This document shows, piece by piece, positions 37,875-47,603 of a stretch of DNA of 64,000 bases. Both the position numbers and the translations under genes were made by a program. A model generated the notes under the pieces. That model ran no database searches and was not told where the DNA came from. It worked only from the letters and a program-made list of their open reading frames with translations. Position 1 is the first letter of the stretch, and every line of letters starts with the position of its first letter. The stretch is from an uncultured Verrucomicrobiota bacterium (lineage in GTDB: Bacteria > Verrucomicrobiota > Verrucomicrobiia > Limisphaerales > Palsa-1400): positions 4,228 through 68,227 of the forward strand of contig CAZLEE010000001.1 in NCBI GenBank assembly GCA_964558455.1. The letters run 5' to 3'.

Positions 37875-38326
37875 CCGGCTGTTCCCGCAAAACAGGGACG
37901 CGGATGGCGGCAGGACTGTTCCTCCTCAGTTCGACAGTCCTGAACGCGGCCGGGGAGACGCCCGGAGCTGCCCAGGCCGCGACCTTGCCCGATGCGGGGG
38001 CGTCGGTCGTGCGGGTATGCGGGGCGTTTTGCCTGGTGGTGGCGTTGTTTTTGGCCGGAGTCTGGCTGTTCCGCAACTGGCAGAAATTTGCCATTCGCAA
38101 AAACGGCGGGGCAAAACTGGCTTTGCTGGAAGCGAAATCGCTGGGACAGCGGCAGGCCATTTACGTGGTGGGTTATCAACAACAACGCCTGTTGCTGGCG
38201 ACGTCGCCGGCGGGGGTGACCCTGATCAGCCATCTGCCGGATGCGGACGAAGAGGAACCGAAACCCGGCGGCACGAGCGTGGGTTTCACCGAGGTTTTGC
38301 AACACGTCTTGAGCAGGAAGCAATGA
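37871..38326 (+). CDS. fliO: Flagellar biosynthesis protein FliO-like
   Basis: A single TM (VCGAFCLVVALFLAGVWLF) and then LLEAKSLGQRQAIYVVGYQQQRLLLATSPAGVTLI. ATGA overlaps occur on both sides. Confidence 0.55.
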   Translation: MTGCSRKTGTRMAAGLFLLSSTVLNAAGETPGAAQAATLPDAGASVVRVCGAFCLVVALFLAGVWLFRNWQKFAIRKNGGAKLALLEAKSLGQRQAIYVVGYQQQRLLLATSPAGVTLISHLPDADEEEPKPGGTSVGFTEVLQHVLSRKQ

Positions 38327-39144
38327 ACCCGCCCGATTCCAATTTTTGCCCGTCCCTCCGCCGCTGCCTGCGGGGCGGGGTCTGGTTGCGCCGGGGATTG
38401 CTGCTGGGGCAGTTGCTTTTTTGCGCGGGCGCCCATGCGCAGTCCGCCACCAACGCCCTCGCCAATACCAATGCCTTCAATTTGAGCCTGAGCCTGAACA
38501 GCGGGGCGCAGGGCGGGGATGTGGACGGAGCCATCAAGATCATGATCATCATGACCTTGCTCACCCTGGCGCCGTCGATCATTCTATTGACAACCTGTTT
38601 TACGCGCATCGTGATTGTGCTCTCCTTCGTGCGCTCGGCCCTTTCCCTGCAAGGAACGCCGTCCAGCCAGATCATCATCGGGCTGTCCTTGTTCCTGACG
38701 TATTTCATCATGGAGCCGGTTTGGACAAAAGTGGACCGCGATGCGCTGGAGCCGTACCGGGCCGGGCAAATTACGAGCGCCGTGGCCTTGGACAGGGCGA
38801 CGGTACCGTTGCGGGCTTTCATGCTCAAGCAAACGCGGCCAAAGGATGTGGAACTGTTTGTGGCCCTGGCCAAGACCGGGCCGATGGCGCCTGACAAACT
38901 GCCGCTGAAGATCGTGATCCCGAGTTTCATCATCAGCGAGTTGCGCACCGCCTTTCAGATGGGTTTTCTGCTTTTCGTGCCATTTGTCCTGATTGACCTG
39001 GTGGTGGCGACCGTGCTGATGAGCATGGGGATGATGATGATGCCGCCCATGACCATTTCGATGCCCTTGAAAATCCTTTTGTTTGTTTTGGTGGACGGCT
39101 GGCATTTGGTGGTCAGCTCCATCATCCAAAGTTTCGGAACCTGA
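38323..39144 (+). CDS. fliP: Flagellar export apparatus protein FliP
   Basis: TLAPSIILLTTCFTRIVIVLSFVRSALSLQGTPSSQIIIGLSLFLTYFIMEPV. The in-frame upstream extension to 37858 in the ORF track is not coding for FliP. Confidence 0.95.
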   Translation: MNPPDSNFCPSLRRCLRGGVWLRRGLLLGQLLFCAGAHAQSATNALANTNAFNLSLSLNSGAQGGDVDGAIKIMIIMTLLTLAPSIILLTTCFTRIVIVLSFVRSALSLQGTPSSQIIIGLSLFLTYFIMEPVWTKVDRDALEPYRAGQITSAVALDRATVPLRAFMLKQTRPKDVELFVALAKTGPMAPDKLPLKIVIPSFIISELRTAFQMGFLLFVPFVLIDLVVATVLMSMGMMMMPPMTISMPLKILLFVLVDGWHLVVSSIIQSFGT

Positions 39145-39148
39145 TGCC

Positions 39149-39418
39149 ATGAACCCTGAATTTGCCACGGAATTGCTCAAGAACCTGATGTTTGTCGCGG
39201 TGACCCTGGCCGCGCCGGTATTATTGACAGCGTTGGTGGTGGGACTGGCCATCAGCATTTTCCAATCCGTCACGTCGATTCAGGAGCAGACGCTGACCTT
39301 TGTGCCGAAGGCGCTGGCGATCGTGGCCTTGCTGGTGGTGATGATGCCGTGGATGTTGCGCACTCTGATTGAGTTCACGACCTCGGTCATTCAAAAAATG
39401 CCGCAAATGGTGCAGTAA
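39149..39418 (+). CDS. fliQ: Flagellar export apparatus protein FliQ
   Basis: 89 aa, APVLLTALVVGLAISIFQSVTSIQEQTLTFVPK. Confidence 0.9.
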   Translation: MNPEFATELLKNLMFVAVTLAAPVLLTALVVGLAISIFQSVTSIQEQTLTFVPKALAIVALLVVMMPWMLRTLIEFTTSVIQKMPQMVQ

Positions 39419-39426
39419 GGGGCAAC

Positions 39427-40188
39427 ATGAGCGAGTTGATGTATGGCATGATGGTCTTCCTGAGGGTGAGTGCCTTGCTGGCGGTTTTCCCGGTTTTTTC
39501 AACGGCCAATTTTCCCGTGCAACTGCGTCTGGCGCTCGGGGTGTTGCTGGCCGTGCTGATCGTTCCCTCCCTCCCCCAAGGCATGGCGGAACCGCGGGAT
39601 GTGTGGGGATGGATGGGACTGATGACAATGGAAGTGGGGGTGGGTTTGTTGTTTGGATTTATCAGCCGGATGGTTTTTTACGCGTTGGACATGGCAGGGG
39701 CGATCATCACGTCGGAGATGGGATTGCAACTGCCTTCGAGCATGAATCCGATGAGCGGGTCGGAAGTGACGACGCCCGGGTTGATGCTGTATTACCTCGC
39801 GGCGATGCTGTGGTTGAGCCTCGACCTGCATCACTGGCTGCTGGTTGCGCTGGTGAAAACCTATCAATGGCTGCCCATCGGCGGGGCGCATTTGAACGCG
39901 ATGGGGCTGGCCGATGTGCTGGCGCGGACCAGCCAGATTTTTGTGATTGCGCTGCAAGTGGCGGCGCCGGTGATGGCGGTGTCATTCATCGTCTCGCTCG
40001 TTTTCTCGGTGCTGGGTCGGGCGGTGCCGCAGATGAACGTTTTCCAGGAAAGCTTTGCCGTGCGCATTCTGGCCGGGTTGAGCGTTTTCGGGCTGACGCT
40101 GCAATTAATGTCGCAGCACATCATCAACAATTTAAGGCGGTTGCCTGAGGACGTGCTAAACGTGGCCCAAATTTTTGGAGCGCACTAG
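39427..40188 (+). CDS. fliR: Flagellar export apparatus protein FliR
   Basis: Polytopic 253-aa protein after fliQ, with LRVSALLAVFPVFS...MAGAIITSEMGLQ. Confidence 0.85.
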   Translation: MSELMYGMMVFLRVSALLAVFPVFSTANFPVQLRLALGVLLAVLIVPSLPQGMAEPRDVWGWMGLMTMEVGVGLLFGFISRMVFYALDMAGAIITSEMGLQLPSSMNPMSGSEVTTPGLMLYYLAAMLWLSLDLHHWLLVALVKTYQWLPIGGAHLNAMGLADVLARTSQIFVIALQVAAPVMAVSFIVSLVFSVLGRAVPQMNVFQESFAVRILAGLSVFGLTLQLMSQHIINNLRRLPEDVLNVAQIFGAH

Positions 40189-40199
40189 AACGGAATCAA

Positions 40200-41285
40200 G
40201 TGAGCGAACACAGCGGCGAAAAAACAGAGCAGGCCACACCGAAGCGGCTGGAGGAGGCCTATAACAAGGGCCAAATCGCGCGCAGCCGCGAGGTGCAGAC
40301 GGCTTTTGTATTGGTCGCTGCCTTGGTGGCCCTGGCTTTTTCGGGCGGCGAAATGTGGCGGATTTTGACTCATACCCAGGTGTCGATCCTGGGCCATCTG
40401 CACGACATTCCCCTGTCTGTCGGCACCATTCAGGCCTATGCCATCCAAAGCTCCCTCGTCTTCGGAACCTGTGTCTGGCCGATCCTGACCGCGACGGTGC
40501 TGGCGGGTTTGCTGGCCGGGGGCATCCAAACGCGTTTCCGCACCACGCCGGAGGCCCTGAGCATCAATTGGGAGCGGCTCAATCCGGTGGAAGGGTTCCA
40601 TCGCCTCTTTTCCTTCCGGTCGGCGGTGCCCACGTTGATCAACATCATCAAACTCGGGGTCATCATTATATTGACCTATAACGTGATCCGCGACGTCCTG
40701 GCGGACCCGATTTTCTACACATCAGTCGATATAGCAAGAATTGCCGGATTCATGGCGGAATCTTCCTTTCGCATCATCATCCGGGTCTCCGCCGTGCTGG
40801 TGATTTTGGCTGCGGCCGACTATGCGTATCAATTTTGGCAAAATAATCAGGACATGAAGATGACCAAGGAAGAGGTCAAGGAAGAGACCAAAAACACCGA
40901 AGGCAACCCGCAGATAAAAACGCAGCGCCGCCGCCGGGCGCTATCGGCCGCCAAACGCAAGATGCTTGCGGAAATCCCTAAGGCGGATGTGGTTGTGGTT
41001 AATCCAACCCATATCGCGGTTGCATTGCGTTATGACCGGAAGACGATGCGAGCGCCCAAAATTGTGGCCAAGGGAAGCCGTTTAAACGCCCTGCGCATCC
41101 GCGAAATTGCGCAGGAACACCAGGTGCCAATTGTGGAAAATGTGCCGTTGGCCCGGCTGATGTTTAAGTACGGCCGGGTGGGTGGCGAGATTCCTGCTGA
41201 ACTGTACGCCGCAGTCGCTGAAGTGTTGGCGTGGGTCTATCGCGTCAATGCCTATCGGTATTACCGGGAAGCGGCGAATAACTGA
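40200..41285 (+). CDS. flhB: Flagellar export switch protein FlhB
   Basis: EKTEQATPKRLEEAYNKGQIARSREV and the NPTH autocleavage site (VVVNPTHIAVALRY). GTG start. Confidence 0.95.
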   Translation: MSEHSGEKTEQATPKRLEEAYNKGQIARSREVQTAFVLVAALVALAFSGGEMWRILTHTQVSILGHLHDIPLSVGTIQAYAIQSSLVFGTCVWPILTATVLAGLLAGGIQTRFRTTPEALSINWERLNPVEGFHRLFSFRSAVPTLINIIKLGVIIILTYNVIRDVLADPIFYTSVDIARIAGFMAESSFRIIIRVSAVLVILAAADYAYQFWQNNQDMKMTKEEVKEETKNTEGNPQIKTQRRRRALSAAKRKMLAEIPKADVVVVNPTHIAVALRYDRKTMRAPKIVAKGSRLNALRIREIAQEHQVPIVENVPLARLMFKYGRVGGEIPAELYAAVAEVLAWVYRVNAYRYYREAANN

Positions 41286-41299
41286 GGCAAAGAAGTAAA

Positions 41300-43405
41300 A
41301 TGGTGCAACCGAACGCTAAGAAATCGAATATAGTGGGGTTATTCAAGAATGGCGACGTCCTGCTGGTGGGGGCGTTGTTTGTCACCATTCTGTTGATGAT
41401 CCTTCCCATTCATCCCCTTTTATTGGACGGGTTTCTGGCCATCAGCATCGCCTTGTCCCTGCTCGTTTTGCTTTCGATCCTCTATGTGAAGGAGCCGGCC
41501 GACTTCACCAGTTTCCCGACCATGCTTCTGTTCATCACCCTGTTCCGGCTTTCTTTGAACATCGCCTCGACGCGCCTGATTTTGCTGGATGGATACGCGG
41601 GCCATATCATTGAAGCCTTCGGCAATTTCGTGGTGCGGGGGAATTACGTGGTTGGGCTGGTCATCTTTTTGATCCTGGTCCTGATTAATTTCATCGTCAT
41701 CACGAAGGGCGCGGGGCGCATCGCGGAAGTGGCGGCGCGGTTCACCTTGGACGCGATGCCGGGCAAGCAAATGGCGGTTGACGCGGAATTGAACGCGGGC
41801 CTGATCAACGAGGTCGAGGCGCGGCGACGCCGGCGGAAAGTGGAGCAGGAGGCGGATTTTTACGGGGCGATGGACGGCGCGAGCAAATTCGTGCGCGGGG
41901 ACGCCATTGCGGCGATTCTGATTACTTTAATCAACGTGTTGGGCGGATTCGCCATCGGCATCATGCAAAAGGGGATGACGGTAAGCGAATCATTGCAACG
42001 ATTCACACTGCTCTCAATCGGGGACGGCCTGGTTTCGCAGATTCCGGCCCTGATCACTTCGACGGCGGCGGGTATTTTGGTGACACGGGCGGCGGCCAAG
42101 GAGGAACTGGGTTCGGAACTAACCAAGCAACTGCTGGGGTATCCGCGGGTCCTGGCCATCCTGACTGTCATGCTGGTGGTGTTTGGCATCGTGCCGGGGC
42201 TGCCGATGATTCCGTTTTTCTTCCTGGCCGGCATTACCGGGTTTCTGGCCTACAACCTGCGCGGGGCGGAAGCCTTGGTCAAAACGGCGGGCGGCGCGGA
42301 TGTTAAAGGAGACGCAAAAGGGGAGGCGGGAGGCACGGGCAAGGCGGCGGGCGCGACGGGCGAAAAACTCGAATCCCTTCTTACCTTGGACGCGCTTCAG
42401 ATCGAATTAGGATTCCGTCTGGTCAACCTGGCGGATGTGCGCAAAGGAGGGGATCTGCTGGAGCGGGTGACAGGAGTGCGAAAGACTTTTGCCCAGGAAA
42501 TGGGCGTGATCGTGCCGCCCATCCGCTTGCGGGATAATTTGCAATTGGAGCCGAATCAATATCGTTTTCTGCTCAAGGGAAATTGCGTGGCGCAGGGGGA
42601 ACTGATGCCGGATCACTGGCTGGCCATGAACGCCACCAACAGCAAGACCGTGCTGAAAGGCGTGCCAACGGTGGAGCCGGTCTTCAAGCTGCCGGCCACC
42701 TGGGTGACGGATGTGGAGCGCAAAAACGCCGAGATTAGCGGTTACACCGTGGTGGACGCCTCGTCCGTGCTCGTGACGCATTTGTCCGAAACCGTGAAAC
42801 GGAACTGCCACAACATATTGACCCGCCAGGATGTGCAGAACCTTTTGGACAATTTGAAACAGACCCATCCGACCGTGGTGACGGAATTGATCCCGGCGCA
42901 ATTGAACGTGGGCCAGGTGCAGCGGATTTTGCAGAATCTTCTGGCCGAGGGAATATCGATTCGCAATCTGGCGGGGATTTTGGAAAAGGTGAGCGATTAC
43001 GCGGCGATGACCAAAAACCCGGATGAATTGTCCGAATACGCGCGGCGGGCCTTGGGACCGCAGATCATCAAACCGTATCAAGCCGACAACGGGAGCTTGC
43101 AGGCCATCACCCTCGACCCGCGGCTGGAGCAGCAGATCGCGCAGGGCATGAGCAAGACGCCGACGGAAATCAGTCTGATGATGGAACCGAAACTGGCGCA
43201 GCATGTGGTGGAGACGCTTTCACAAAAAATTCAACAACTGCTGACTGCGGGACAGGCTCCGGTGGTCATGTGCGCCCCGCAAATCCGGCTGGCTTTCCGC
43301 CGGTTTTTTGAAACGACGTTCGCGGATTTGACCGTGTTGTCCTACGCGGAGGTGCCGTCGCGGGTGCAAATACAAAACGCCGGCATCGTGACTTCGTTGG
43401 AATAA
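41300..43405 (+). CDS. flhA: Flagellar export gate protein FlhA
   Basis: TMLLFITLFRLSLNIASTRLIL, RFTLDAMPGKQMAVDAELNAG, FYGAMDGASKFVRGDAIA. Confidence 0.95.
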   Translation: MVQPNAKKSNIVGLFKNGDVLLVGALFVTILLMILPIHPLLLDGFLAISIALSLLVLLSILYVKEPADFTSFPTMLLFITLFRLSLNIASTRLILLDGYAGHIIEAFGNFVVRGNYVVGLVIFLILVLINFIVITKGAGRIAEVAARFTLDAMPGKQMAVDAELNAGLINEVEARRRRRKVEQEADFYGAMDGASKFVRGDAIAAILITLINVLGGFAIGIMQKGMTVSESLQRFTLLSIGDGLVSQIPALITSTAAGILVTRAAAKEELGSELTKQLLGYPRVLAILTVMLVVFGIVPGLPMIPFFFLAGITGFLAYNLRGAEALVKTAGGADVKGDAKGEAGGTGKAAGATGEKLESLLTLDALQIELGFRLVNLADVRKGGDLLERVTGVRKTFAQEMGVIVPPIRLRDNLQLEPNQYRFLLKGNCVAQGELMPDHWLAMNATNSKTVLKGVPTVEPVFKLPATWVTDVERKNAEISGYTVVDASSVLVTHLSETVKRNCHNILTRQDVQNLLDNLKQTHPTVVTELIPAQLNVGQVQRILQNLLAEGISIRNLAGILEKVSDYAAMTKNPDELSEYARRALGPQIIKPYQADNGSLQAITLDPRLEQQIAQGMSKTPTEISLMMEPKLAQHVVETLSQKIQQLLTAGQAPVVMCAPQIRLAFRRFFETTFADLTVLSYAEVPSRVQIQNAGIVTSLE

Positions 43406-43411
43406 ATTTTT

Positions 43412-44518
43412 ATGGAACCGACCTCATTCACCGCCGCGTCCGCGGAAGAAGCCGTGGCCCAAATCCGGGAGAAACTCGGGCCGCAGGCGGTGGTGTTGAG
43501 CGTGAGACGTCTGCCGCCGAACGGTCTGGCGCGTCTCTGGCAGAGGCCGATGATGGAAGTGATGGCGTGCAAGCCGGAGGAACCGGCCGGGGAACAAGGG
43601 GAACACGGGGAACAAGGATTATTTTCTGATGCGCTGGCCGAATTCCGGCAGCAACTGGAGGAGATCAAGCAACAAGTGGCAAGCCGCCCGGCCTCGGAAA
43701 CGGCGCTGGCGGAGGAACCCGAGGAAGACGGGAGCCAGTGGCGGGTGGGGGCGATGTTGCGCAAAAGCGGTTTGCTTTCCCTCCACGCCCAGCAGGTGGT
43801 GGACCGGTTGCAAACGCAATTCGGGGAAATCCCGCCCTCCAACCTGGGCCGGGAGATCGAATGTGCGCGGGAGGTGCTGGAAGCTTTGTGGCGCAAGGCG
43901 CCGCCGGTGGAGGCGAACTCGATTCATGTCCTGATTGGCCCGCCGGGATGCGGCAAGACGACCTATTTGAGCAAATGGTTGACACAGGCGGTTTTGGTGG
44001 ATGGACGGCTGGCGCGGGTCTGGCGGCTGGACGGGGCGACGGCCAACATGGCGGAATCGCTCAGCGTCTATAGTGAAATTTTGGGTGTGCCCGCCGAGCG
44101 GACGTGGCAGGCGGGAATGGGGCCTTTGAGCGAGGACATCGGATTCATCGACTTGCCGGGAGTGGACTGGAAGAAACCGGCGGCGGTGCGGGAACTGGCC
44201 GCTCAAGTCAGGCGATTCGGCCCGGTGCGGGTTCATCTGGTGTTGAACGGGGCCTACGATGTTTCAATTTTGCTCGCGCAAATCCGGGCGTTTTCGGAAC
44301 TGGCCATCGCCGATTTGGTGGTGACGCATCTGGATGAAGAATCTTCCTGGGGAAAGATTTGGAATCTGGTATTGGGAACAAATTGCTCCATCCGCCACTT
44401 CAGCGCCGGGCAAAATGTTCCGGGGGATTTGTGCGAAGCGTCGGCCAGGATGATTTTTGCCCGGCAATTCCCCGTAAAACAAACTGGCAACGGATTTGCT
44501 CACCAACCGACGGGGTAA
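43412..44518 (+). CDS. flhF: Flagellar SRP-type GTPase FlhF
   Basis: IGPPGCGKTT (G1), IDLPG (G3), VTHLDE (G4-like). Confidence 0.85.
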   Translation: MEPTSFTAASAEEAVAQIREKLGPQAVVLSVRRLPPNGLARLWQRPMMEVMACKPEEPAGEQGEHGEQGLFSDALAEFRQQLEEIKQQVASRPASETALAEEPEEDGSQWRVGAMLRKSGLLSLHAQQVVDRLQTQFGEIPPSNLGREIECAREVLEALWRKAPPVEANSIHVLIGPPGCGKTTYLSKWLTQAVLVDGRLARVWRLDGATANMAESLSVYSEILGVPAERTWQAGMGPLSEDIGFIDLPGVDWKKPAAVRELAAQVRRFGPVRVHLVLNGAYDVSILLAQIRAFSELAIADLVVTHLDEESSWGKIWNLVLGTNCSIRHFSAGQNVPGDLCEASARMIFARQFPVKQTGNGFAHQPTG

Positions 44519-44524
44519 TCGAAT

Positions 44525-44770
44525 ATGAAATCATTATTGTTAATGGGCGGGCTGCTTGGTTTCACCATAGGGTGGCTTTTTAGCTGGGCGGAGAACGGCT
44601 CGGAATCGGTCTGCCTGTGGCATGCCTGTCTGGCGGCTTATCTTACGGCGATGCTGATGAAGTGGTGGGGCGCCGCCTGGCGCAAGGGCCTGGTGGAGGC
44701 CATGCGCGAACGTCAAGTCACCCACCGTCCGGTCAATATTTCCACTCTCCCCAAGGCGAATAAATCATGA
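44525..44770 (+). CDS. Hypothetical 81-aa two-TM protein between flhF and fliA (at the usual flhG position)
   Basis: MKSLLLMGGLLGFTIGWLFSW...CLWHACLAAYLTAMLMKWW. It is 7 nt after flhF and shares an ATGA overlap with fliA. No recognisable family. Confidence 0.5.
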   Translation: MKSLLLMGGLLGFTIGWLFSWAENGSESVCLWHACLAAYLTAMLMKWWGAAWRKGLVEAMRERQVTHRPVNISTLPKANKS

Positions 44771-45591
44771 GCGCAACCCACCCCGAAATGGCGACGGCAA
44801 TCACGGACGAGCTTCCTGGAAATCAACGGGAGCTTTGGCTTCGTTACGCCAAGGCTGGAGCCGGCAGTGATTCCGAAAACAACCTGATCCAGCAATATCT
44901 CCCCCTCGTGAAAACGGTGGTGGGACGGCTGGCCATGACCTTGCCCGCGCATGTCAACAACGACGATTTGTATAGCGCAGGATTGGTCGGCCTGCTCAAC
45001 GCCGTGCGGCGGTTCGACCAGAAATGCGGGTGCTCGTTTGAGCATTACGCGCGCACACGCATCCGCGGGGCGATTCTGGACGAATTGCGGCGCATGGATT
45101 GGGTGCCGCGGTCAGTGCATGAAAAAGCCAAAAAAGTGGCGGTCGCCATGCAGGATTTGTCGCAGCAGCATGGATGCGTTCCTTCGGACGCCCAGATGGC
45201 CAGGGAGTTGAACATGTCCCTGGAAGATTACGAGGAATTGCTGGAGGAAATCCGGCCGGCCGCGTATGTGTGCCTCGATTCTTTGCAGGAAGAGAGCGGA
45301 GAATCCGGCGGGGCGAATTACGATATGATCGCCGACGAAGGACAGATCAACCCGCTCGATGGCGTGGCGACGCGGGAAATGGCGCAGATGATTGAAGAAC
45401 GGCTGCTGCAATTGCCGGAGATGCAACGAAAAGTGCTGGCGCTTTACTACGTGGAAGATTTGCGACTGCGGGAAATTGCCGAGGTGTTTGGCGTGACGGA
45501 ATCCCGCATCTGCCAGATTCACGCCAAGGCCATCCTGGCGCTGAAAGCGCTGCTTAAGGAGCAGGAACCCGAGGCGTTTAGCCATCCTTGA
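44767..45591 (+). CDS. fliA: Flagellar sigma factor FliA (sigma28)
   Basis: Region 2 reads YLPLVKTVVGRLA...DDLYSAGLVGLLNAVRRFD. Region 4 reads LREIAEVFGVTESRICQIHAKAI. Confidence 0.9.
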   Translation: MSATHPEMATAITDELPGNQRELWLRYAKAGAGSDSENNLIQQYLPLVKTVVGRLAMTLPAHVNNDDLYSAGLVGLLNAVRRFDQKCGCSFEHYARTRIRGAILDELRRMDWVPRSVHEKAKKVAVAMQDLSQQHGCVPSDAQMARELNMSLEDYEELLEEIRPAAYVCLDSLQEESGESGGANYDMIADEGQINPLDGVATREMAQMIEERLLQLPEMQRKVLALYYVEDLRLREIAEVFGVTESRICQIHAKAILALKALLKEQEPEAFSHP

Positions 45592-45597
45592 TTTGCC

Positions 45598-46470
45598 ATG
45601 ATTGTTCTTCTTGGCGTATTCATAGTCCTTGGCTCGGTTTGCGGCGGGTTCATCATGGCCGGCGGCCACCCGGCGGCGTTGATGCATTTGTCCGAACTGG
45701 TCATCATTGCCGGCGCGGCGCTGGGCGCCCTGGTGGTGATGTCCCCCTCCAAGGTTTTGGTTGACTTGTCCAGACAGGTGGCCGGCACGCTCAAAGGATG
45801 TCCCTACAGCAAGAAGTCCTACGAAGATTTGTTCAAGGCGCTCTACGAGTTGTTCATGATGGGACGGCGGAGCGGAATGGTGGCGCTGGAAGATCATGTC
45901 ATGAGTCCCGAATCCAGCACGATTTTCAGCAAATACCCGTCGTTCCAAAAAAATCGTCGCGCCATTGAATTTCTTTGCAACGGGTTGCGCCCGATCATTG
46001 ACGGCAAAATCAAGCCGGACCAGCTCAAACTGCTGTTGGAAATCGAGGTGGAAGCGATGGACAACGAACTCGAAAGGCCGGTGGGGGTGTTGACCAAGGC
46101 GGCGGATGCCATGCCTGGTTTCGGAATTGTGGCGGCGGTGCTCGGCATCGTTATCACGATGGCTTCCATTGCGGGTCCCATTGAACAAATCGGCACGAAG
46201 GTGGCCGCCGCGCTGGTGGGAACGTTTCTTGGTATTTTTCTGTCCTACGGATTCATGAACCCCCTGGCCGTGAACATGGAATTCGTCAACATGGCGGAAA
46301 TGGCTTACATCCGCTGCATCGCGGCCTCGGTGGTGGGCTTTGCCAACGGCATGTCGCCCATCATGGCGGTGGAAGTGGCGCGGCGGGGCTTGAGCAGTGA
46401 AGTCAAACCGACCGCCGACGCCTTGGAAACGATGCTGAAAGCATCAGTGCAGCCGGCGCCGGCCAAATAA
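45598..46470 (+). CDS. motA: Flagellar stator protein MotA
   Basis: VLGSVCGGFIMAGGHPAAL..., C-terminal TM pair with PGFGIVAAVLGIV and ALVGTFLGIFLSYG. Confidence 0.9.
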   Translation: MIVLLGVFIVLGSVCGGFIMAGGHPAALMHLSELVIIAGAALGALVVMSPSKVLVDLSRQVAGTLKGCPYSKKSYEDLFKALYELFMMGRRSGMVALEDHVMSPESSTIFSKYPSFQKNRRAIEFLCNGLRPIIDGKIKPDQLKLLLEIEVEAMDNELERPVGVLTKAADAMPGFGIVAAVLGIVITMASIAGPIEQIGTKVAAALVGTFLGIFLSYGFMNPLAVNMEFVNMAEMAYIRCIAASVVGFANGMSPIMAVEVARRGLSSEVKPTADALETMLKASVQPAPAK

Positions 46471-46475
46471 AACAA

Positions 46476-47204
46476 ATGAGCAAGAAAGGCGGTCATCATG
46501 GCGGAGCGTGGAAGGTCGCATACGCGGACTTTGTCACGGCGATGATGGCGTTGTTCATGGTGCTTTGGCTGACATCGCAGGATCAGCGGATCAAGGAAGC
46601 GGTGGAACGGGCGTTTAGAAATCCGTTCATGTCCGTGACCAAGGAATCGACGGGCGTGATCCCGGTCAAGGATACGCAGGCGCTCAAATCCCAATCGGGA
46701 AATTTTGATTCCTCCTCGGCGGTCGAACTGGCCATGTTGCGGCGGTTGAACCAGGATTTGTTAAAGTCCCTGCAAAGCCAGGAGGATAAGGACGACAGTC
46801 CGGTGCAGTTGGAAATGACGCCGGATGGGATTTCGATCAACGTTTTTGACCGGGCGCGCAAGCCCATCTTTGAGCCGCAATCCACCAAATTCACCGCCTA
46901 CGGGGACTGGGTCTTCTCGACCCTCGCGTGGGAGATTGCGCGTTACAGCAATCTGGCGGTTGAACTGGAGGGGCACACCGAAAGCGGCTGCCCGGCAATC
47001 CGCCGGGATTACGGGGAATGGGAGATTTCGACCGACCTGGCCAACGCGGTGAGGCGGAAGCTTTTGGAGCACGGGGTGGCGAGTTTGCAGGTGAAAAAAG
47101 TGGCCGGCTACGGTTCGACCAGACCCATGCCCAACGCGGACATGGCGGCGGAGATCAACCGCCGCGTCACTGTTTTGCTCAATGTCCGGTCGGCGAATTT
47201 ATAA
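46476..47204 (+). CDS. motB: Flagellar stator protein MotB (OmpA-like C-terminus)
   Basis: AWKVAYADFVTAMMALFMVLWL (conserved Asp) and the C-terminal VELEGHTE...NRRVTVLL. Confidence 0.9.
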   Translation: MSKKGGHHGGAWKVAYADFVTAMMALFMVLWLTSQDQRIKEAVERAFRNPFMSVTKESTGVIPVKDTQALKSQSGNFDSSSAVELAMLRRLNQDLLKSLQSQEDKDDSPVQLEMTPDGISINVFDRARKPIFEPQSTKFTAYGDWVFSTLAWEIARYSNLAVELEGHTESGCPAIRRDYGEWEISTDLANAVRRKLLEHGVASLQVKKVAGYGSTRPMPNADMAAEINRRVTVLLNVRSANL

Positions 47205-47222
47205 CTGTCACACAATCACGTC

Positions 47223-47462
47223 ATGAATGAAGCATTTGTTCCCTTGATATCCGTCGAAGCCGGATCGCACGAAACCCTGTTTTCCGCGCTGGCGGCAAGA
47301 ACATCAGCCCCGAACGTCAGCCCGGCCTTTCCCGCCATGTCGAGGATGGGGGATGCGTGCGGCGATCCCGTGATTACGTTGCAGCGCAACGGGCCGGTGG
47401 TTTCGCGCATCCGCATTCAATGCAGTTGCGGCAAGGTCATTGATTTGACGTGTGCCTACTAA
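47223..47462 (+). CDS. Hypothetical 79-aa protein with a C-terminal CxC...C motif
   Basis: ...DPVITLQRNGPVVSRIRIQCSCGKVIDLTCAY, 18 nt after motB. No family recognised. Confidence 0.4.
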   Translation: MNEAFVPLISVEAGSHETLFSALAARTSAPNVSPAFPAMSRMGDACGDPVITLQRNGPVVSRIRIQCSCGKVIDLTCAY

Positions 47463-47574
47463 CGGCCATGACCGGATCGCGACCGGGCATTTTTCTGCCG
47501 GGTCCGGGGGAAGGTTTTGCCGGTCATCGGTCTTTACGGCATCAATTCCCGCACAAAACGAGGCAATAACCATG

Positions 47575-47590
47575 TGGCACAGGCGTTGCT
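47575..47590 (+). promoter_or_regulatory. Sigma54 promoter upstream of flgF
   Basis: TGGCAC-aggcg-TTGCT is a perfect core match. The -12 element ends 13 nt before the flgF ATG. Confidence 0.65.
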
Positions 47591-47603
47591 TCCAGAATCC
47601 CGG

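Noticed and set aside
37858-39144. A 428-aa ORF in the track spanning fliN, fliO and fliP.
   Set aside because: Only the part from ATG 38323 is FliP-like. The upstream in-frame extension is Arg/Gly-rich nonsense overlapping the well-supported fliN and fliO frames. The ATGA junction at 38323-38326 is the natural coupled start.
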